From the NCBI RefSeq assembly GCF_964355755.1, contig NC_092676.1:14526871-14590870 (forward strand): 64,000 nucleotides of DNA. Reading direction: 5' to 3'. The notes beneath the pieces were generated by a model. That model had not been told where the DNA came from. It saw only the letters and a program-made list of their open reading frames with translations, and did not search any database. This document shows, piece after piece, positions 1 to 14,254 of this stretch (within the stretch, counting starts at the first letter, position 1; each line of letters begins with the position of its first letter). The translations under genes and the position numbers were made by a program. The stretch is from Antedon mediterranea. Lineage: Eukaryota; Animalia; Echinodermata.

Positions 1-1646
1 AAAAAGGTTTATAACACATGTGAAAGAGAATTGATTAAGCAAGATCATAAGAAAATGGGGTAGGCATTAGCTCACTCTATTACCGTAAATGGATTTAACT
101 AGTACTAAAATATGATGACATCATAACATCCCGTATGTACAAATGTTACATGAATTCATATCTACAACTCATCATAGAAGCTATTGTATTTGCATTACTA
201 AGACCCTATATTATAAATAATTAAGATTCTAACCAAATCAACCCCATAGTTTATCTTTTAAAAAATCAATTATCTTATTTATTACTAAATTAAACATTGA
301 TACGAACTGCCATTGACACTTTTGGTGTACATGAATTAACTAAACAAAACAGAGGACCGATAAATGCGTAATTAGATACACAGGTGAGTAAATATGTGTG
401 TTGATTGGGTCATTCAACTGCAGTTTATAAGGCCAGCCAAAATATTGTACAAATGATGAATATTGATGATATAACAACGTAAATTAGTTTTATTGAAGTG
501 GTGGTGTAATCAGGGCTTTTCTTTCTGTTATTTTACTTCAGTTCAAACAAAAAAATCCATATAAAAATTAGCAGTTTCTGAGAAATACAAATTTATTTGA
601 AAATATCGAAAAAGCGCTAAATTTATTTTTTTCAGCAGTTAGGTGGTTCTCCTCCACTCTGCGATCAACAAAAAATGAAAAAAAGGTCACGGTACATGTT
701 ATGTCACATCTCCTCTTACTGCATGCTGTTGCATGGCCATGCTCGATGAGCTGACGACCATAATATTGGCGACTACCAATCATATAACTTTCAATTCTAT
801 GTCTGTGTACTTTTATTTGTCAGAGTTTACAAATGTTACTCAAAAATGATATTGACACAACTTCTCCTGGGAATAGAATTTTAATAGATATGAATCAGGA
901 ATTAAAACACTGTTTTTTTAGGTAGATAAGAAACACACTAAATAGTAAATTTGAAGCATGCTTTGAGGTACTAAACTAAACTCTACTCTTAAAAGGATCT
1001 TAGGAAATAGCTTCACAGTTGATTATAATCTTCTTGTTTAATCTGTTCTTGTTAATATAATACTTAATGACATTATCTCTAAAATGAAAGTGAATGGGAA
1101 TAGCTACCTTTAAAATGAAACTTACTTTTACTCAAAAGCAGTTTCAATAGCTAAAATATACAAAATAGGATTATACGTTCCTAGAGTCCTGCAGATTTTT
1201 CCAAAGTGTGAAATACTGAAAACCATTTTCTCACACCAAAGAAATTGTCAATCAAATAAATTGATTGTTTGTGAACCTCAAAATGAACAAAATATCACAA
1301 CCAAAAATATCTGACCGTAGGGAAAATTAGTTCCAATAAATACTGTTCCGGTTTCGGTTTGCGCACATGTTTAACATGCTTATTAAAATAATGGATACCC
1401 ACTGCAATAGATTTATAACAATTTTGGAATGTTGTTTTTGCAACAATGAGGCATGAAATGTAAAAAATTCATAACTCCCAACTCTTTCAATAATTGTGCA
1501 TGGTTCCGAGTCAATCTGCTATTAAGGCTACATTCACTCACTTGTTTTTTTATGGGACGAAATTAATACAACAGTGCTGCGTACAATGCAACAGTGCTTT
1601 GAACATTGCTACATTAGATCAAATCAGTTTGATTTCATGCATTAAT

Positions 1647-1938
1647 AGGGACTTTACGAAACACGACGGTTAGGGGAGGACATCAAATATCCTGTGTTTG
1701 CTAGAGCGTAAAATCATATACAGTCAACATAGCCGTTGCGCGAAGACGAAGACCGGCAGTCTCTCCCTATTTTGTTCAAAACGTAGAGAAACTCAAAAGA
1801 ACTAATATACGTGGTGTACCGCAAACATATTTCAACACAACAGAATTTCACGCTAAGCTCTGTCCACTTTTCTAAAGCTAATGCATAAATTATTCATAAG
1901 CACTGTCCTGGCTTCCCGTTGTGTTTCGTAAAGTCCCT
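1647..1938. mobile_element. MITE, probably PIF/Harbinger-type
   Basis: TIRs AGGGACTTTACGAAACACGACGG ... CCGTTGTGTTTCGTAAAGTCCCT; AAT on both flanks (3-bp TSD); no ORF. Confidence 0.75.
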
Positions 1939-2330
1939 AATGCAAGGCAAGAACACATAAAAACATTGTACAGCACGTAGTCAAGTACGCAGGGTGAACC
2001 AGGTCAAAGTCTCTGGTAACTAACGTTGATGCGCAACCAAGTGGGTTTGATTTCACACAGATGGGGAAAACATTACTGGGTTGTAGGTTGTGTTTTGTCG
2101 CTAGTTCGAACTAATGCTTTAAAGGTGCAATTTCTAATAATGTATTTATCGCCATTTTTCGATAAAATATTTTACATAAAATTACTGTTTTTATAAATAA
2201 ATTTTTGTATCAACATTTTAAAATTCATTAAAATATGATATTACATGTTAATAAAAAAAGTGTTTATTTAACCTTCATTCAAAGAATTTCAATAAATTAT
2301 TTTCCAGTGTACAGTCCTCAGAGACAACGT

Positions 2331-2926
2331 GACACTTGACATGGCACACACGTGACACTTGACATGGCACACACGTGACACTTGACATGGCACACACGCG
2401 ACACTTGACATGGCACACACGCGACACTTGACATGGCACACACGCGACACTTGACATGGCACACACGCGACACTTGACATGGCACACACGCGACACTTGA
2501 CATGGCACACACGCGACACTTGACATGGCACACACGCGACACTTGACATGGCACACACGCGACACTTGACATGGCACACACGCGACACTTGACATGGCAC
2601 ACACGCGACACTTGACATGGCACACACGCGACACTTGACATGGCACACACGCGACACTTGACATGGCACACACGCGACACTTGACATGGCACACACGTGA
2701 CACTTGACATGGCACACACGTGACACTTGACATGGCACACACGTGACACTTGACATGGCACACACGTGACACTTGACATGGCACACACGTGACACTTGAC
2801 ATGGCACACACGTGACACTTGACATGGCACACACGTGACACTTGACATGGCACACACGTGACACTTGACATGGCACACACGTGACACTTGACATGGCACA
2901 CACGTGACACTTGACATGGCACACAC
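2331..2926. repeat. 23-bp minisatellite, 26 units (GACACTTGACATGGCACACACG[T/C])
   Basis: Unit starts every 23 bp from 2331 to 2906; units 3-15 end in CGC, units 1-2 and 16-25 end in CGT. Confidence 0.97.
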
Positions 2927-3493
2927 CAGAAAATGTTAACATTATTCTATCATAAATTGATCGTATTTATTATACCTGGCTTATTCTGACAGCTAGCCTA
3001 CAACACACAAGACTATATATATACTACCTGTCAGTGTCTGTCAAGTGCATGAGGGCCTGCATGTACCCTACAACACCATAGGTCTGAACCAGGAAAAGAT
3101 TAGTTGAACCACCTCTAATTACGACACTGATCATTCGTTCGTTACGACATTTCAAGGTACAAAATTAGTGAACGATGCTTATGATACGAAAGTCATGTAT
3201 CAACGATATTAACCAATCAAATTTACTCCTGCATAATAATTATTTATGACATTGCTTGGGATACGATCTGCACATACCCTAAATCTCATAGACTCTCTTT
3301 CCCCAGAAGCGCTTTGGGTCGTCGAGCATGAACCTATAAATTAGTTGAGTTTACAAATTCTCATTTCTGTCAGCTGTAGTACTAAAGCTTCTCGTGTGGT
3401 AACTGCTTCTTAATGCTTACGTCCTCTTGGAATATAATTGCCTAAAGGCCAGGCGCTAAAAAGTTGTAAATTACTCAAAAAGACACCTTTTAA

Positions 3494-4109
3494 AGACCCC
3501 TTCCCTACAATTTGGGATGTTTTGTAAAAATAATACATAATATATTACTTTAAAAACATTAAACCAGGTCATTCCTTGTCTTAAATGTACGTTTTATGGT
3601 AAATTGTGATAAAAAGTGAGAAACAATGCACTACCTAAGTAGCTCGCGCCGAATGACCTCTCGTGGACGGTCTTTAGGCCTAGCCTAGCTAGACTTAGTT
3701 TTGTAAGCCAAGCTGGTAAATATCGGTAACATACAAACGTTGTACGCTAGTTATATACCTAGCCTGACGTTGTATAGTTGCTGCATTAATTGTCTTTCTA
3801 TTTTTGCCAGACTCCGTTGATACAAATTGGGAAAAACCCGGTATTTTCGCTGAATAGTTTAGGAGTCTTCCATTTGTTTTGGCCTCACGACCGATCGAAA
3901 AGTGGGTGAATTGCAGAAGAAAAACAAAAATATCAATCTGCGCGCAATGCATTTTAGGATTTATAGCGGGCCGCTAAAATTACTACACAGTAGTTACTTA
4001 TTTTTCACATTTTTAACAAAAATGTTATCTCAATAGGACCATATTTATTTTTAAATTAAATGCAGTTTGTGACCTTAAATTGGATCTAAAAAACGTAGGG
4101 AAGGGGTCT
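3494..4109. mobile_element. Non-autonomous DNA transposon with TTAA TSD (Kolobok-like)
   Basis: ttaa|AGACCCCTTCCCTAC ... GTAGGGAAGGGGTCT|ttaa; AG..CT termini with TTAA fit Kolobok better than piggyBac (CC..GG). Confidence 0.75.
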
Positions 4110-5839
4110 TTAATTATTAGGTTAGGCCATAATCGTTTTCTCATTGAAGCTTAAATTTACATTGAAAAAGTACAGTATTATTTGTAGTATAGTACTGTAA
4201 TACCATGATATATTTACAGATCATATATATATTCAGTTGGTCCTAAATTATTCTTCAATTAAGACAAAGTATTGGTTTAAATTAACAAAAAATACCAACC
4301 TTTATTAACAGATACTGTACAGTACATCTGCTGTATTACTGTATAACCCAAATTATAGTGATTGTTACCTACTGTGTTTAGCCTAACAACATAGCACACA
4401 GTTAACAGAATTGGGGTTACACCAAGGTCAAGGTAAATCACATGTTGTGCTGAGGTATTTATTCCATTATTAACATAGAATATTTAAAATATTGTAGGTA
4501 CCTTAAACTTTAAAGTGGAGCTATACTTAGACTTTCTCGGCTTATAATATAATTAAGTATGTTTAATTGAAAGAATTACCGGTACATACAAAAATATGGC
4601 AATATTTTCTGAAAACTCATTTCTAAAAAATCAGAAAATAATGTGTTTTAATACATTACCCCTTTGGTAAATTATTGTGTCGAAAAATGGTGAATTAATT
4701 TTATATACACAATTAATGAATGCAATTTATTTAGAATCAATGTACATGGAATTTTTGTTGGTAATGAATAATTCATTAGAAAAATGATTTTATTGGTCAA
4801 TTTTATTAGTATTCATATTCATCAGTAAACAGTATCAGGCGTCCAATTACGGAAGTGGACAGCATACTAAGCCCCGCCCCAAGTAATATTTTAGATAAAA
4901 ATGTTGGTATGTTTGACTTTAAATCATGATTTGCACTGTATATAACCTTGTTTTAAGCTAGTCCTAGATAGTTCAGCGATATGGAAGCCGAGGCCTCCTG
5001 ACTGAAAAGCAATTATTCAGGCCCAGGGGTTGGCAGAGGTTGGGTGGCAGAACAAACTTTACTGCTGTAAGGCTATAGTACAGCCTAGCCAAGCAGCATC
5101 AGTACATATCTAGTAGGCCTAGCTTTATTTTATTTTTGTAAATTTTATTCAGTTGTCAACCAACACTCAGCGATGAAACCGCCACTAACAGGTTGAATTT
5201 ATTGACATACTTTTATTAAAGTTAATTTTTAATTCATCCAGAAGTTCATTCCAGCTTTTAGATGAACGAAAAAGTTTTTTTGCCTTGACAAATATCCAAA
5301 TATACAGTATAAAAAATTTAAAATAAACGAGAATCATGGTGTTCTTTTATTATTTCATAGGCATAAAATAAACACTTTGATGAGTTTGGGTTATCCGCGC
5401 AAATGCAACATGCACATACGTTAAACTATGAACGTCGACAAATACTATGCCATCCTATGACATGAATTAAATATGTTTACAGTGCTGATTGTACCTACAG
5501 TATTTTGTAGCATACATCATATTATTATTACAGTATTTACAGAATACACTGTATGTTTATATATAGTGTAGCATAGATGAAATTATGAGACCCATCTTTT
5601 AAATCCAATTATTAACACGATGACGTCATCAAATTGACATATAAAAGTAACTATTTTAGAAGATAATTATCTAAATAATTACATTAATGAAAATTTGAAG
5701 AATTTTGAGCACATAAAAGTGATATGTCTCTTAATTTTTAAGAGAGAGATGAAAATCTGACTTTTTGAATTTAACTGGCGTTATAACATCAGATAGACAC
5801 AATTTGTATATACATAAATATCTTACAATTCAACAACTT

Positions 5840-6500
5840 CCATAATAAGTTTTAATCATGTGGGTCACTTTTCATTTCGATTAGATATACTAGATTAAAA
5901 TATACTGTATATGAAATTAAGGAACTCATGTTATTCTAATTTTTTTATATGATGACGTAATAAAAATAAAAATTTGTTTAAGAAAATTGAGTTAGCAAGA
6001 GCATGTTAAAAAATTATAACCGATTGAAAATCAGTACATTTTTGCACAAATTTGCATTAAAACTACCTATTCTTTAGTACATTAGATTATTAAAGTTTAA
6101 CGTGCATGTGCGTCGTTATTTTGCAATTAAAGTACATGAAAATCTACTACAGGTGGTATGGAGAAAAAAATTAATTGCAAAAACCAGTTTTCTATGCTTT
6201 GTACGAGCTGTGAGCACAAGCGCGTGCGCAAAATGCAAACAATTTAGACAATTTTAAAATGCTCAAAATCACATAAAACGTATACTTGATTAGAAATTCA
6301 TTTTGTGCATTTTGAAATTTCAAATACGTGTACCATTTTTATCATGTCAAAAGTTGCTCCATATTATGAAGTACACTTTCGTAAAGTTTCATTGAAAAAT
6401 AATTTTTTGCTCAGAATTTATGAGCAACCATAAATTCATAAAATCGTGCGTAACTTATGCATTTTTGGCGTACCGGATAACCAAATATTAATTTTGTGTT
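5840..6500. repeat. Old dispersed repeat fragments
   Basis: 5840-5940 matches 49440-49550 in reverse complement; 6220-6480 resembles the interior of the element at 12771-13560. Confidence 0.45.
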
Positions 6501-7619
6501 TTTCGATCAAAGTCTATTTATATTTAGGTCGTCAAAAAATTCGTATTTAGGAAGGAGTTTTAAATTTACATTTATACTTGGCAACATCTGAAGAAAAAAA
6601 TAAGAGGTGGTGTTTATTTATGTCAACAGATGGTCATACAATGGCTTAAACATTGTAAATTTGCTTGTGTACAAGGCTTTTTGTTATATTTTAATGCAAA
6701 AACCACTGTATAAATACAAATTCAGTTATCTTTGTAATCCGGAAGAAAATGTGGAAAAACGGGAGCAAAATATTAAGCCGGGAGATGAACCTAAAATACT
6801 GGAATGTTGGCATGTATGCATTTGTTATTAATTGTGATGGAAACAGTTGCTTTAGCCTAGTACTATAAAAGTGTGTAAGCATTTATTTTTTCAAAATTGT
6901 CTACACCCCCTCTCAAAACCTAGATCCGCCACTGAACCGTATCTTGTCTATTTCAGCTTTTATTAATTCTGGCAGCAACAAATGCAAATACAACAATTTT
7001 GTTCGTATTTATACAGTTAAAAAAAGGGGGAAAATAAGTTGATTTTATTATTTTAAAGGAACCGCTATAAATACTGGCATGAATCGTGCACAGATAAACA
7101 TTTTTATTTTGTTTCTATCACTTGTATGTCTAAAATTTCACATAATATAGGCATTAAAATGAGTCTAATGAATGCCAAAAAAGCTAATTTTGTTCACAAC
7201 CTTAGGCCTCTAACTCCCAGCCAGGGAGGCCCATGGTGGCCTCCTGGCTTCTCCTTCGCTCGTAATCCGTGTCACTGTCATGGCTACTGGCCTGTAAATT
7301 GAATAAACTATTACTAAATAAATAAAAAAAATTAATAAATTGTAATAAAACAAATAATAAATTGTTTGTATTCGTTGAATGGAGAGAATAATTAATTCGA
7401 TGAAAAATTCACTGCTCTTTTTTCAACCCGACTCCTCATTAAAAATCAGCCAATTATTCAACTCATGAAATATTCTCACCATCCAACTCATAAACATTCA
7501 TTTTCTGTTGAACATGTGTCTCTAGTTCTTTGACAGCATTCCAAAATGCTACAGTACTAGTTGCAGAAGACAACCTTGATTTCCTCCAAAACAGTGTGGT
7601 CATGAACAAGTTTATAATA

Positions 7620-8313
7620 CCGTATATTTCGGTGTATAAGACGCACCCCCTAACTGAGAGTAAAATATCGGTATTTTTTATATCGTCGATGTACAAGACG
7701 CACTTTATATTTCATCAAAACAATGTTTTTTTAAATTGTAATCAATATTATAGCAACATCGAGTGCATGACCGTGTGTGTAACACGCACGTGTGTGGGCT
7801 AGCCTCGCTCGACATTGATCATTTCGAGAGGGCGCACATTTTCACGGACAATTGTATTCGATTAGTATCTATGTATCCGAGAAGTGTGTACGCTAGGTCC
7901 ATGCTATAATCACCTGGAGAATATACTAGTCGAATACCGTACACCATGTGACCGCCAAGAAGGCTTGCACTGGGGGTACGGCAGTCGGCGATCGTGCATA
8001 TAAAAATAAATACTATTCCAATCGTAAACGTTTACAAATGAAATTTTATCGGAGCGCCTAAAACAGCTCCATAATGAACAAATCTTTTCATCATATTTAG
8101 TATAACATCACGCTAAAATGCCTTGAAAACTAGGCAGAAGCAGGTTTCCGTTACGTTAGTACACTGTAGCTAGGCCTAGCCTACTCAGGCCTAGCCAACG
8201 AGGTGACGATATGTACAATCTTTGTGGTGAGGCATTTATGTTCGGTGTATAAGACTTAATTTAGAGGTCAAATTTGCGTGTCAAAAGTGCGACTTATACA
8301 CCAAAATATACGG
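7620..8313. mobile_element. Tc1/mariner-superfamily (pogo-like) MITE, complete copy
   Basis: ta|CCGTATATTTCGGTGTATAAGACGCAC ... GTGCGACTTATACACCAAAATATACGG|ta; TA TSD; second partial copy at 48930. Confidence 0.85.
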
Positions 8314-10502
8314 TATATAATAATAGACAAAGATCTTCCACCACAAGTTAATTTTCAACATCTATTCTATTAGAATGATATATACGCAAGTTTATTCTGA
8401 AATGCTCTAAAATGCTAGAAGTAAAATTTGGGGGTAGGATTGCTCTTTTAGGCAAATCTACTCATAGGTTCTTATTGCCAAGGAACCCAACCTAATAAGA
8501 ATTCCTCTGAGTTGTATGTAGGTGCAAATTACACTGTCTGCTGTTAGGCTTATATGGCTTAACATCCATGTGTATTAGTTCACCAGAGAATTGCCTAATC
8601 TTGGTCATGCATTGCATATTTCCTTCCATATTTTTTACAAAAAACCACACTTCCTGACCAAATATTTTTTTTAAATCGAAAAAACTCCCCAAAAAACAAC
8701 AAAACACATTGCCAATTTGAAAGCACATTTAGTACTATTTTCAACTTGAACTTTCATTACCAGTTTTGACATGACATTTCCTATGTTCCAGTAAGGTCGA
8801 AATTGATTTGCAAAAATTGGCGAAAGGTCGCTATTTTTTTTTTTTGCCAAATTGGAAATTCTTTAGCAAATATTTTTTTTAAATGGTCAAATTGTTTGGT
8901 AAATACATATTAAATGTGTAGGTTTTTGTCTAGTGTTGTTTTTATCTTTTCATTAAAAATTTGTGATTAAAACATCAATAAAAAATGACTGCAAAAATAT
9001 TAGGCCTACCGATAAGGAATTTCCACCGCATGTTTGTGATGTTCATGAAATAAGCATACATACACACATGCACAGTTTGTTTGTTTGTAATTATAATTAC
9101 TGCGCATGCCTATAATGGACAAATAGCAATTCTGGAAACAAACTCTTGTTAGCCGAGCACGTACAGTTACAGATAACACAATTTCCCAAACAGTCACAGT
9201 ACAGTATTATATAAGGCTTCGAGCTACCGTAACGGGATGTTTTAATTTACTTGATTGATGCGAAAAAACATGTGTGATGGGCAAGTCATGCAATGTTATC
9301 TCTGTGTTGGTTGTTGGCAGCAATGTTGTGGCTAACAGAAAACTTTATTCAGAGCCAGGCCTAGACAGACAGATGTTTGTTTTTTTTAAGAAAAATTCAT
9401 TTTCGCAAGTTTTGCAACTTTATCTTTTATTCTTTTTTAATTGCCATTTTCGAAAACGTGAATGGCTAGTGTGAGTGTACATTTCACTACACACATACTT
9501 TCATAGGCTAAGGATTAAATTCTTATTAGAAATTGACAATGCCACTGTCTAGTTCACATCCAAACATGCAAAGGCATTGCCAGATAGCAAAAATAAAATC
9601 ATGCTGGTATAAAAGACAATAAAAAAACACCAACAATTGACTGGAGTTTATGCACATGGGTATATTTTACTGTTTTACAGGATGCAGACGAGGCCTGTAA
9701 AGATTAGTGACCTGTCAAGATTTTACATTTCATAAAGTTAAAAATTTGTTCCAATTAAAGAAAATAAATAATGTCTATATGCGAATTACAGTAGGTATTA
9801 CCTACAATGTGATCTTAAATTTAATTAGCAATTTATACAATTGTTAAAATAAATTTACCTTTACTATTAAAAGCAGTACCCAAGTACTAATTCTGAATCA
9901 ATCCATCAATCAATTATTTATTTTGCCGATTATGATTTTATTTTAATAACATTTTAAAGGCCAGATGTAGGCAAAACATTGATTGATCATGCATTCTAAT
10001 AATTATCGATCTATGTATCATACTTTTGGGGATTCTTATTGTGCTAAATTATTTTTTTGAAAATAAGCATTTTGTTATCAGTTCAAATTAAACAAGTAAA
10101 ATCCCTATTCTTATAAAGATGCATTCTAAAACAATTAGGAAAAATAAATTGTAACTTGTAGATTTAATTCGTCACTATGACGAATTATAGGTTATATGCA
10201 TTGAATTAAATAAAGATAATTGAATTTTAAAAGATAATATTGATTGATTGATTTTTGTCAGAATCTTTAATTATTTATAATATCCAAAAGATAGGATCTT
10301 GCTAACGCAAATACAATAGCCGGTATCCAATCAAAGATCCTTCTGCGTATAACGTCATAAACCATTCTTTTTACATAATAATACAGAAAACATTTACCTT
10401 TTCTCTAGATTTCATTATAAATCATGCATATAATCTATACACTAAGAAATAAAATTGAACAAACAATACGGATATATAAAACAATCTTATTTCGTTTCGT
10501 TT

Positions 10503-10570
10503 CCCAAGGTGAGACTCGAACTCGGTACCTTGAATGTTATAGACGCGAGCACAGACCACAGAGTCATACA
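10503..10570 (-). pseudogene. tRNA-derived sequence (SINE head or decayed tRNA)
   Basis: Minus strand reads ...ACCGAGTTCGAGTCTCACCTTGGGA with a B-box/T-arm; A-box and cloverleaf are degenerate. Confidence 0.35.
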
Positions 10571-11707
10571 CAACTAACTAAAATTTGAACAAAGATTCCT
10601 CTGTGTATTTACTATGCAGTAACCACTTTGGTGCAGATAGATTATTACATACTGCAATGAATCATAATTTTTTACTATGACATCTTTAAAAATCAAAAAA
10701 TTGATTCACTGTCAAAGTATTTTAAAGAAGGTGAATGTTAAGTTTTTATTTCGGTCCAAGAAAATGTCATAGTTTGTTTGACTGTCGAAATAAACATTTT
10801 TTATTTAATATGCAATTAATGATTGACGTAATCAGCTTTTTTCTCTTAATTTCATAATATTAATAAGTCATACATATGATACATACATATGATACATACA
10901 TTTTAATTTTTCAAACATCCCTCTATCTAGATCCACACTGTATCAAGCAGTAACAGAAAGTGTTATAAAACTCGAACAAAAACATGATGATGATACTAAA
11001 AATTTAACTAATTTTTTCCACATATATTTAGCTAAATTAAAATGAGAATATCATATATAATCAATTTTAAACATAAATAAATCTATCAAATTAAAATTTA
11101 GCTTTTTAGTCATCTTACACATTGCACATTATTGTGAAATAAATATAATATGAATTATAGAATACTAAACAATTGTGGCTAATGAATTGCAATAGCCTAA
11201 GATTTTAATAACATAATGAGCAATATGATTTGATATTGGTAGCCATATTATCAGATCAGTGTATTACCTTGCGTTGTTGTGAAACAGGATGTTAAATACT
11301 CAGAGTGTAGTAAAGAGTCCATGTTACTGCTAGCTCACTAATGATGTTTTCTAAACTGTTAATCATACCTTTCTAGTATTTTATACTGCTGTTGCCTAGA
11401 GACCTTGTACCTAAACCCATCTACTGCTAGGCCACACAGCACAAATGCCTTTAAAATACTATGAAATATAGCCTTGCAACTAAATGAAAGAGCAATCTGA
11501 CCTTTGGTCAAGGTTATGACCTAGATTTTCTAGTGGAGTGTGAAAGGTCAAGAGGAAAACCTTCATCATCAATTATGTACTACAGTTGTTTATTGCCACT
11601 TATTTGTAATGACTTGTATGTAATTCAATGTAAATTAGCCATAGTTTAAAGGAGAAGAATAGAGGACACAATATTTCCGTTCTGGTATCTAGAATACTAA
11701 GATCTAG

Positions 11708-11803
11708 AAAACTAAGATACCTTTAAGTCTTAGTTTTCTAAAACTAAGATACCTTTAAGTCTTAGTTTTCTAAAACTAAGATACCTTTAAGTCTTAGTTT
11801 TCT
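11708..11803. repeat. 3 x 32-bp tandem repeat with internally palindromic units
   Basis: AAAACTAAGATACCTTTAAGTCTTAGTTTTCT at 11708, 11740 and 11772; arms AAAACTAAGA / TCTTAGTTTT. Confidence 0.9.
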
Positions 11804-12770
11804 AGACCTGATGAGTCTAGAAAACTAAAGACTTCCAAGACTAAGATATCTTTGTTTTCTAGATCTAGACAATTTTTTAATCGTCGGTTGTAGCATATCA
11901 AGGGTAATGCATTTTAAATAATTTTAAAGAGTTAGAATTAGATTATTCTAATGCTACCAATAGAGGGGCTTCAGATTGAGCTAGATGCCACCCGGAAAGG
12001 ACATTAATAACACAAGTCCTTATAATAATAATTAGTTCATTCTTAAATAGCGCATATAACCATGCTCTCAATGTGCTGTACATAAATTAATAATAATTCA
12101 TATTAATGAAAAACTTGTTTGAAACTGAGTTTTGAATAAGTTTAGAGTAGTACACAAAAAAGTTCAGGTAAACGCGCAACTTGGGGTAATTCAAAATAGC
12201 TGCCAAATAGCTACATAACAATTAAATATGGTCATATACCCTTTATAAACTATCATCAAGCATATTATTTGTATAATACCATGCTTTCAATAGTAATACT
12301 GTACTAATATGGCAACCACAATTTTGACAAAATGGCATTTAATATAGGTGAAAATGTATTAAAAGGGCAATTCCATGCAAACCTGACATGACACCAACAT
12401 TTTCATATTCATTCTATCTTCACAATTTTGGTGTCTAATTAAAGCTGAAAATCTGTATTTTCCAGGTCTAAATTCAGATTTTAAAATTTCAAATAATATC
12501 CTCAATAAAATTGATTAAAATATCATAAATATATTTTTTTCACAGAATTTGATAAAAATTTACAATTAAGAATCACAAAAATAAAATAGCCATAAGCTTG
12601 TAATTATAATAAAATCTAGTTTAATATGGTCACATGGGTTACTATGAACATATATTTACCATTCAAATTTTCTTTTGCCTCATTTTTTATTCATTAATAT
12701 GCGAAAATATGAATGCTAATATTACATCAATTAGTTACCGGAAAACATACAGAAGTTAGGTTTTCAGAAA

Positions 12771-13457
12771 CAAGGCCAACAGCCATTAAGTCGCGTGCTA
12801 CAATGCATAGTGATACCGGACCGACAGACAAACAGACCGACAGACAGACGGACCGACCGACATAGTGAACTATACTGACCGAAATTACTGAACATGTTTA
12901 AAAATGTTGAAATGTTTAAAAACATGTATATTTTTTTAATTTACACGTGCGTAGCCTGTCACTTTTGACGTGCTCGTATAACGTAATTTCGAGTTGAAAA
13001 GTAAGTCAAGAAAACAGAAATCGGGCAAAAAGAGTGCGCAATAACATTTATCGCGCAGTGCGCGCGCAAAAATCTGCGCACTCATGGCAATTTTGTAAAC
13101 GCTTAAAATTGCCTGAAACGTATTTTCATCGAAAATAAATTTTGAACATTTTAAGCGCGCGTACGCATGAGTTACATGCGCTACGCACGTAATTGTATTG
13201 CCATATGATGATTTATGCCCTGAAATTTATGAGTACCAAATTTTATTTAATTGTGATTCATGGTTGTTAAGATATGATTACAAACATGATTTCGTTAAAT
13301 CGTGCGTAGACCGCGTAATTTTTTATTGCGCACCGTGAAAACATAACCACATCGATTCCTGGCCATAAGGAATATTCTGTGAAAAATTGACTTAGCTAGA
13401 TTAAACTGATATCAAGATAAGGTCATAAAGCGATAAAACGCATAGTGATACCGGACC

Positions 13458-13512
<55 letters not shown>

Positions 13513-13560
13513 CAACCGACCGACATAGTGAACTATAGAGTCGCTTCCACGCGACTAAAA
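12771..13560 (-). mobile_element. Helentron-associated non-autonomous element (HINE/DINE-1-like) nested in Sola2
   Basis: Minus strand: TTTT-AGTCGCGTGGAAGCGACT hairpin/subTIR, then a (GTCY)n microsatellite; other end CACGCGACT subTIR plus small stem-loop GGCTGTTGGCC-TTGTTT; no TSD. Confidence 0.75.
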
Positions 13561-14254
13561 ATTGAGATGTTTAAAAAACAAACTTTATTTCTAGCAAGTT
13601 TTAGTAGAGGTAGCTAGTGAGGTTATTTAAAATTTTTTATTTACGTTTATTAATAAGTTATTGTCATATTAAATAAATCAATTAGTTACCCAACCAGTAA
13701 CTAATTGACAGTAACATGTTGACAAGTGTTAATTTGTATTTGTTCAACAGTAGTAAGTTGTAATAAACTATTTATTCAAAGAATGTTTTATATAATACAC
13801 TCTCAAAGTTGTTTATATAACTCTATGCCTTTTCATTGCACATGCTATTATTATGCAAATGATCAGTTTCTTATTTAGCACTTTCCCACAAAGTTGGTCA
13901 ATTGGCTATTTGTTGTCTGTTAATTGTTTATTTGAATGAAATAACTAGTTGTTGACAGTTGTAAACAAATTAAATGTTCAAAGTGATTGGATACTTTCAT
14001 GCCATTCTTATTTTGGAAGTGACCTGATTGGGTGGCTATGAACAGTGACATTTGGTATAAGTGATAATTTAGAATCAACCATACAGTATATTTGTGACTT
14101 TCCAGTATCAACAAAGACAAGCCACTTTGGCTGCTGTGTATCTTAACCCATAAACTATGTAAACTGTTGAATGTAGAAACAGCAACGCTATCGTCGTCAG
14201 AAACTTAAAGAGAATGGCAAGTACAACGATTACCTGAAGAAGCAAAATAACCGA

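Noticed and set aside
2331-2926. CRISPR-like array
   Set aside because: Head-to-tail repeats without unique spacers, no cas genes, eukaryotic context. The same applies to 27275-27556 and 54940-55574.
2275-2942. Three overlapping Cys-rich ORFs resembling metallothionein or keratin-associated proteins
   Set aside because: All three frames are open only because the 23-bp repeat has no stop on the minus strand; the 23-aa period equals three DNA units.
7463-7802. Overlapping short ORFs
   Set aside because: They cross a MITE boundary and show no recognisable domain or supported splice structure.
10503-10570. Functional tRNA gene (also 50971-51041)
   Set aside because: Only pol III box-like motifs; I could not build a complete cloverleaf. 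tRNAscan-SE would decide.
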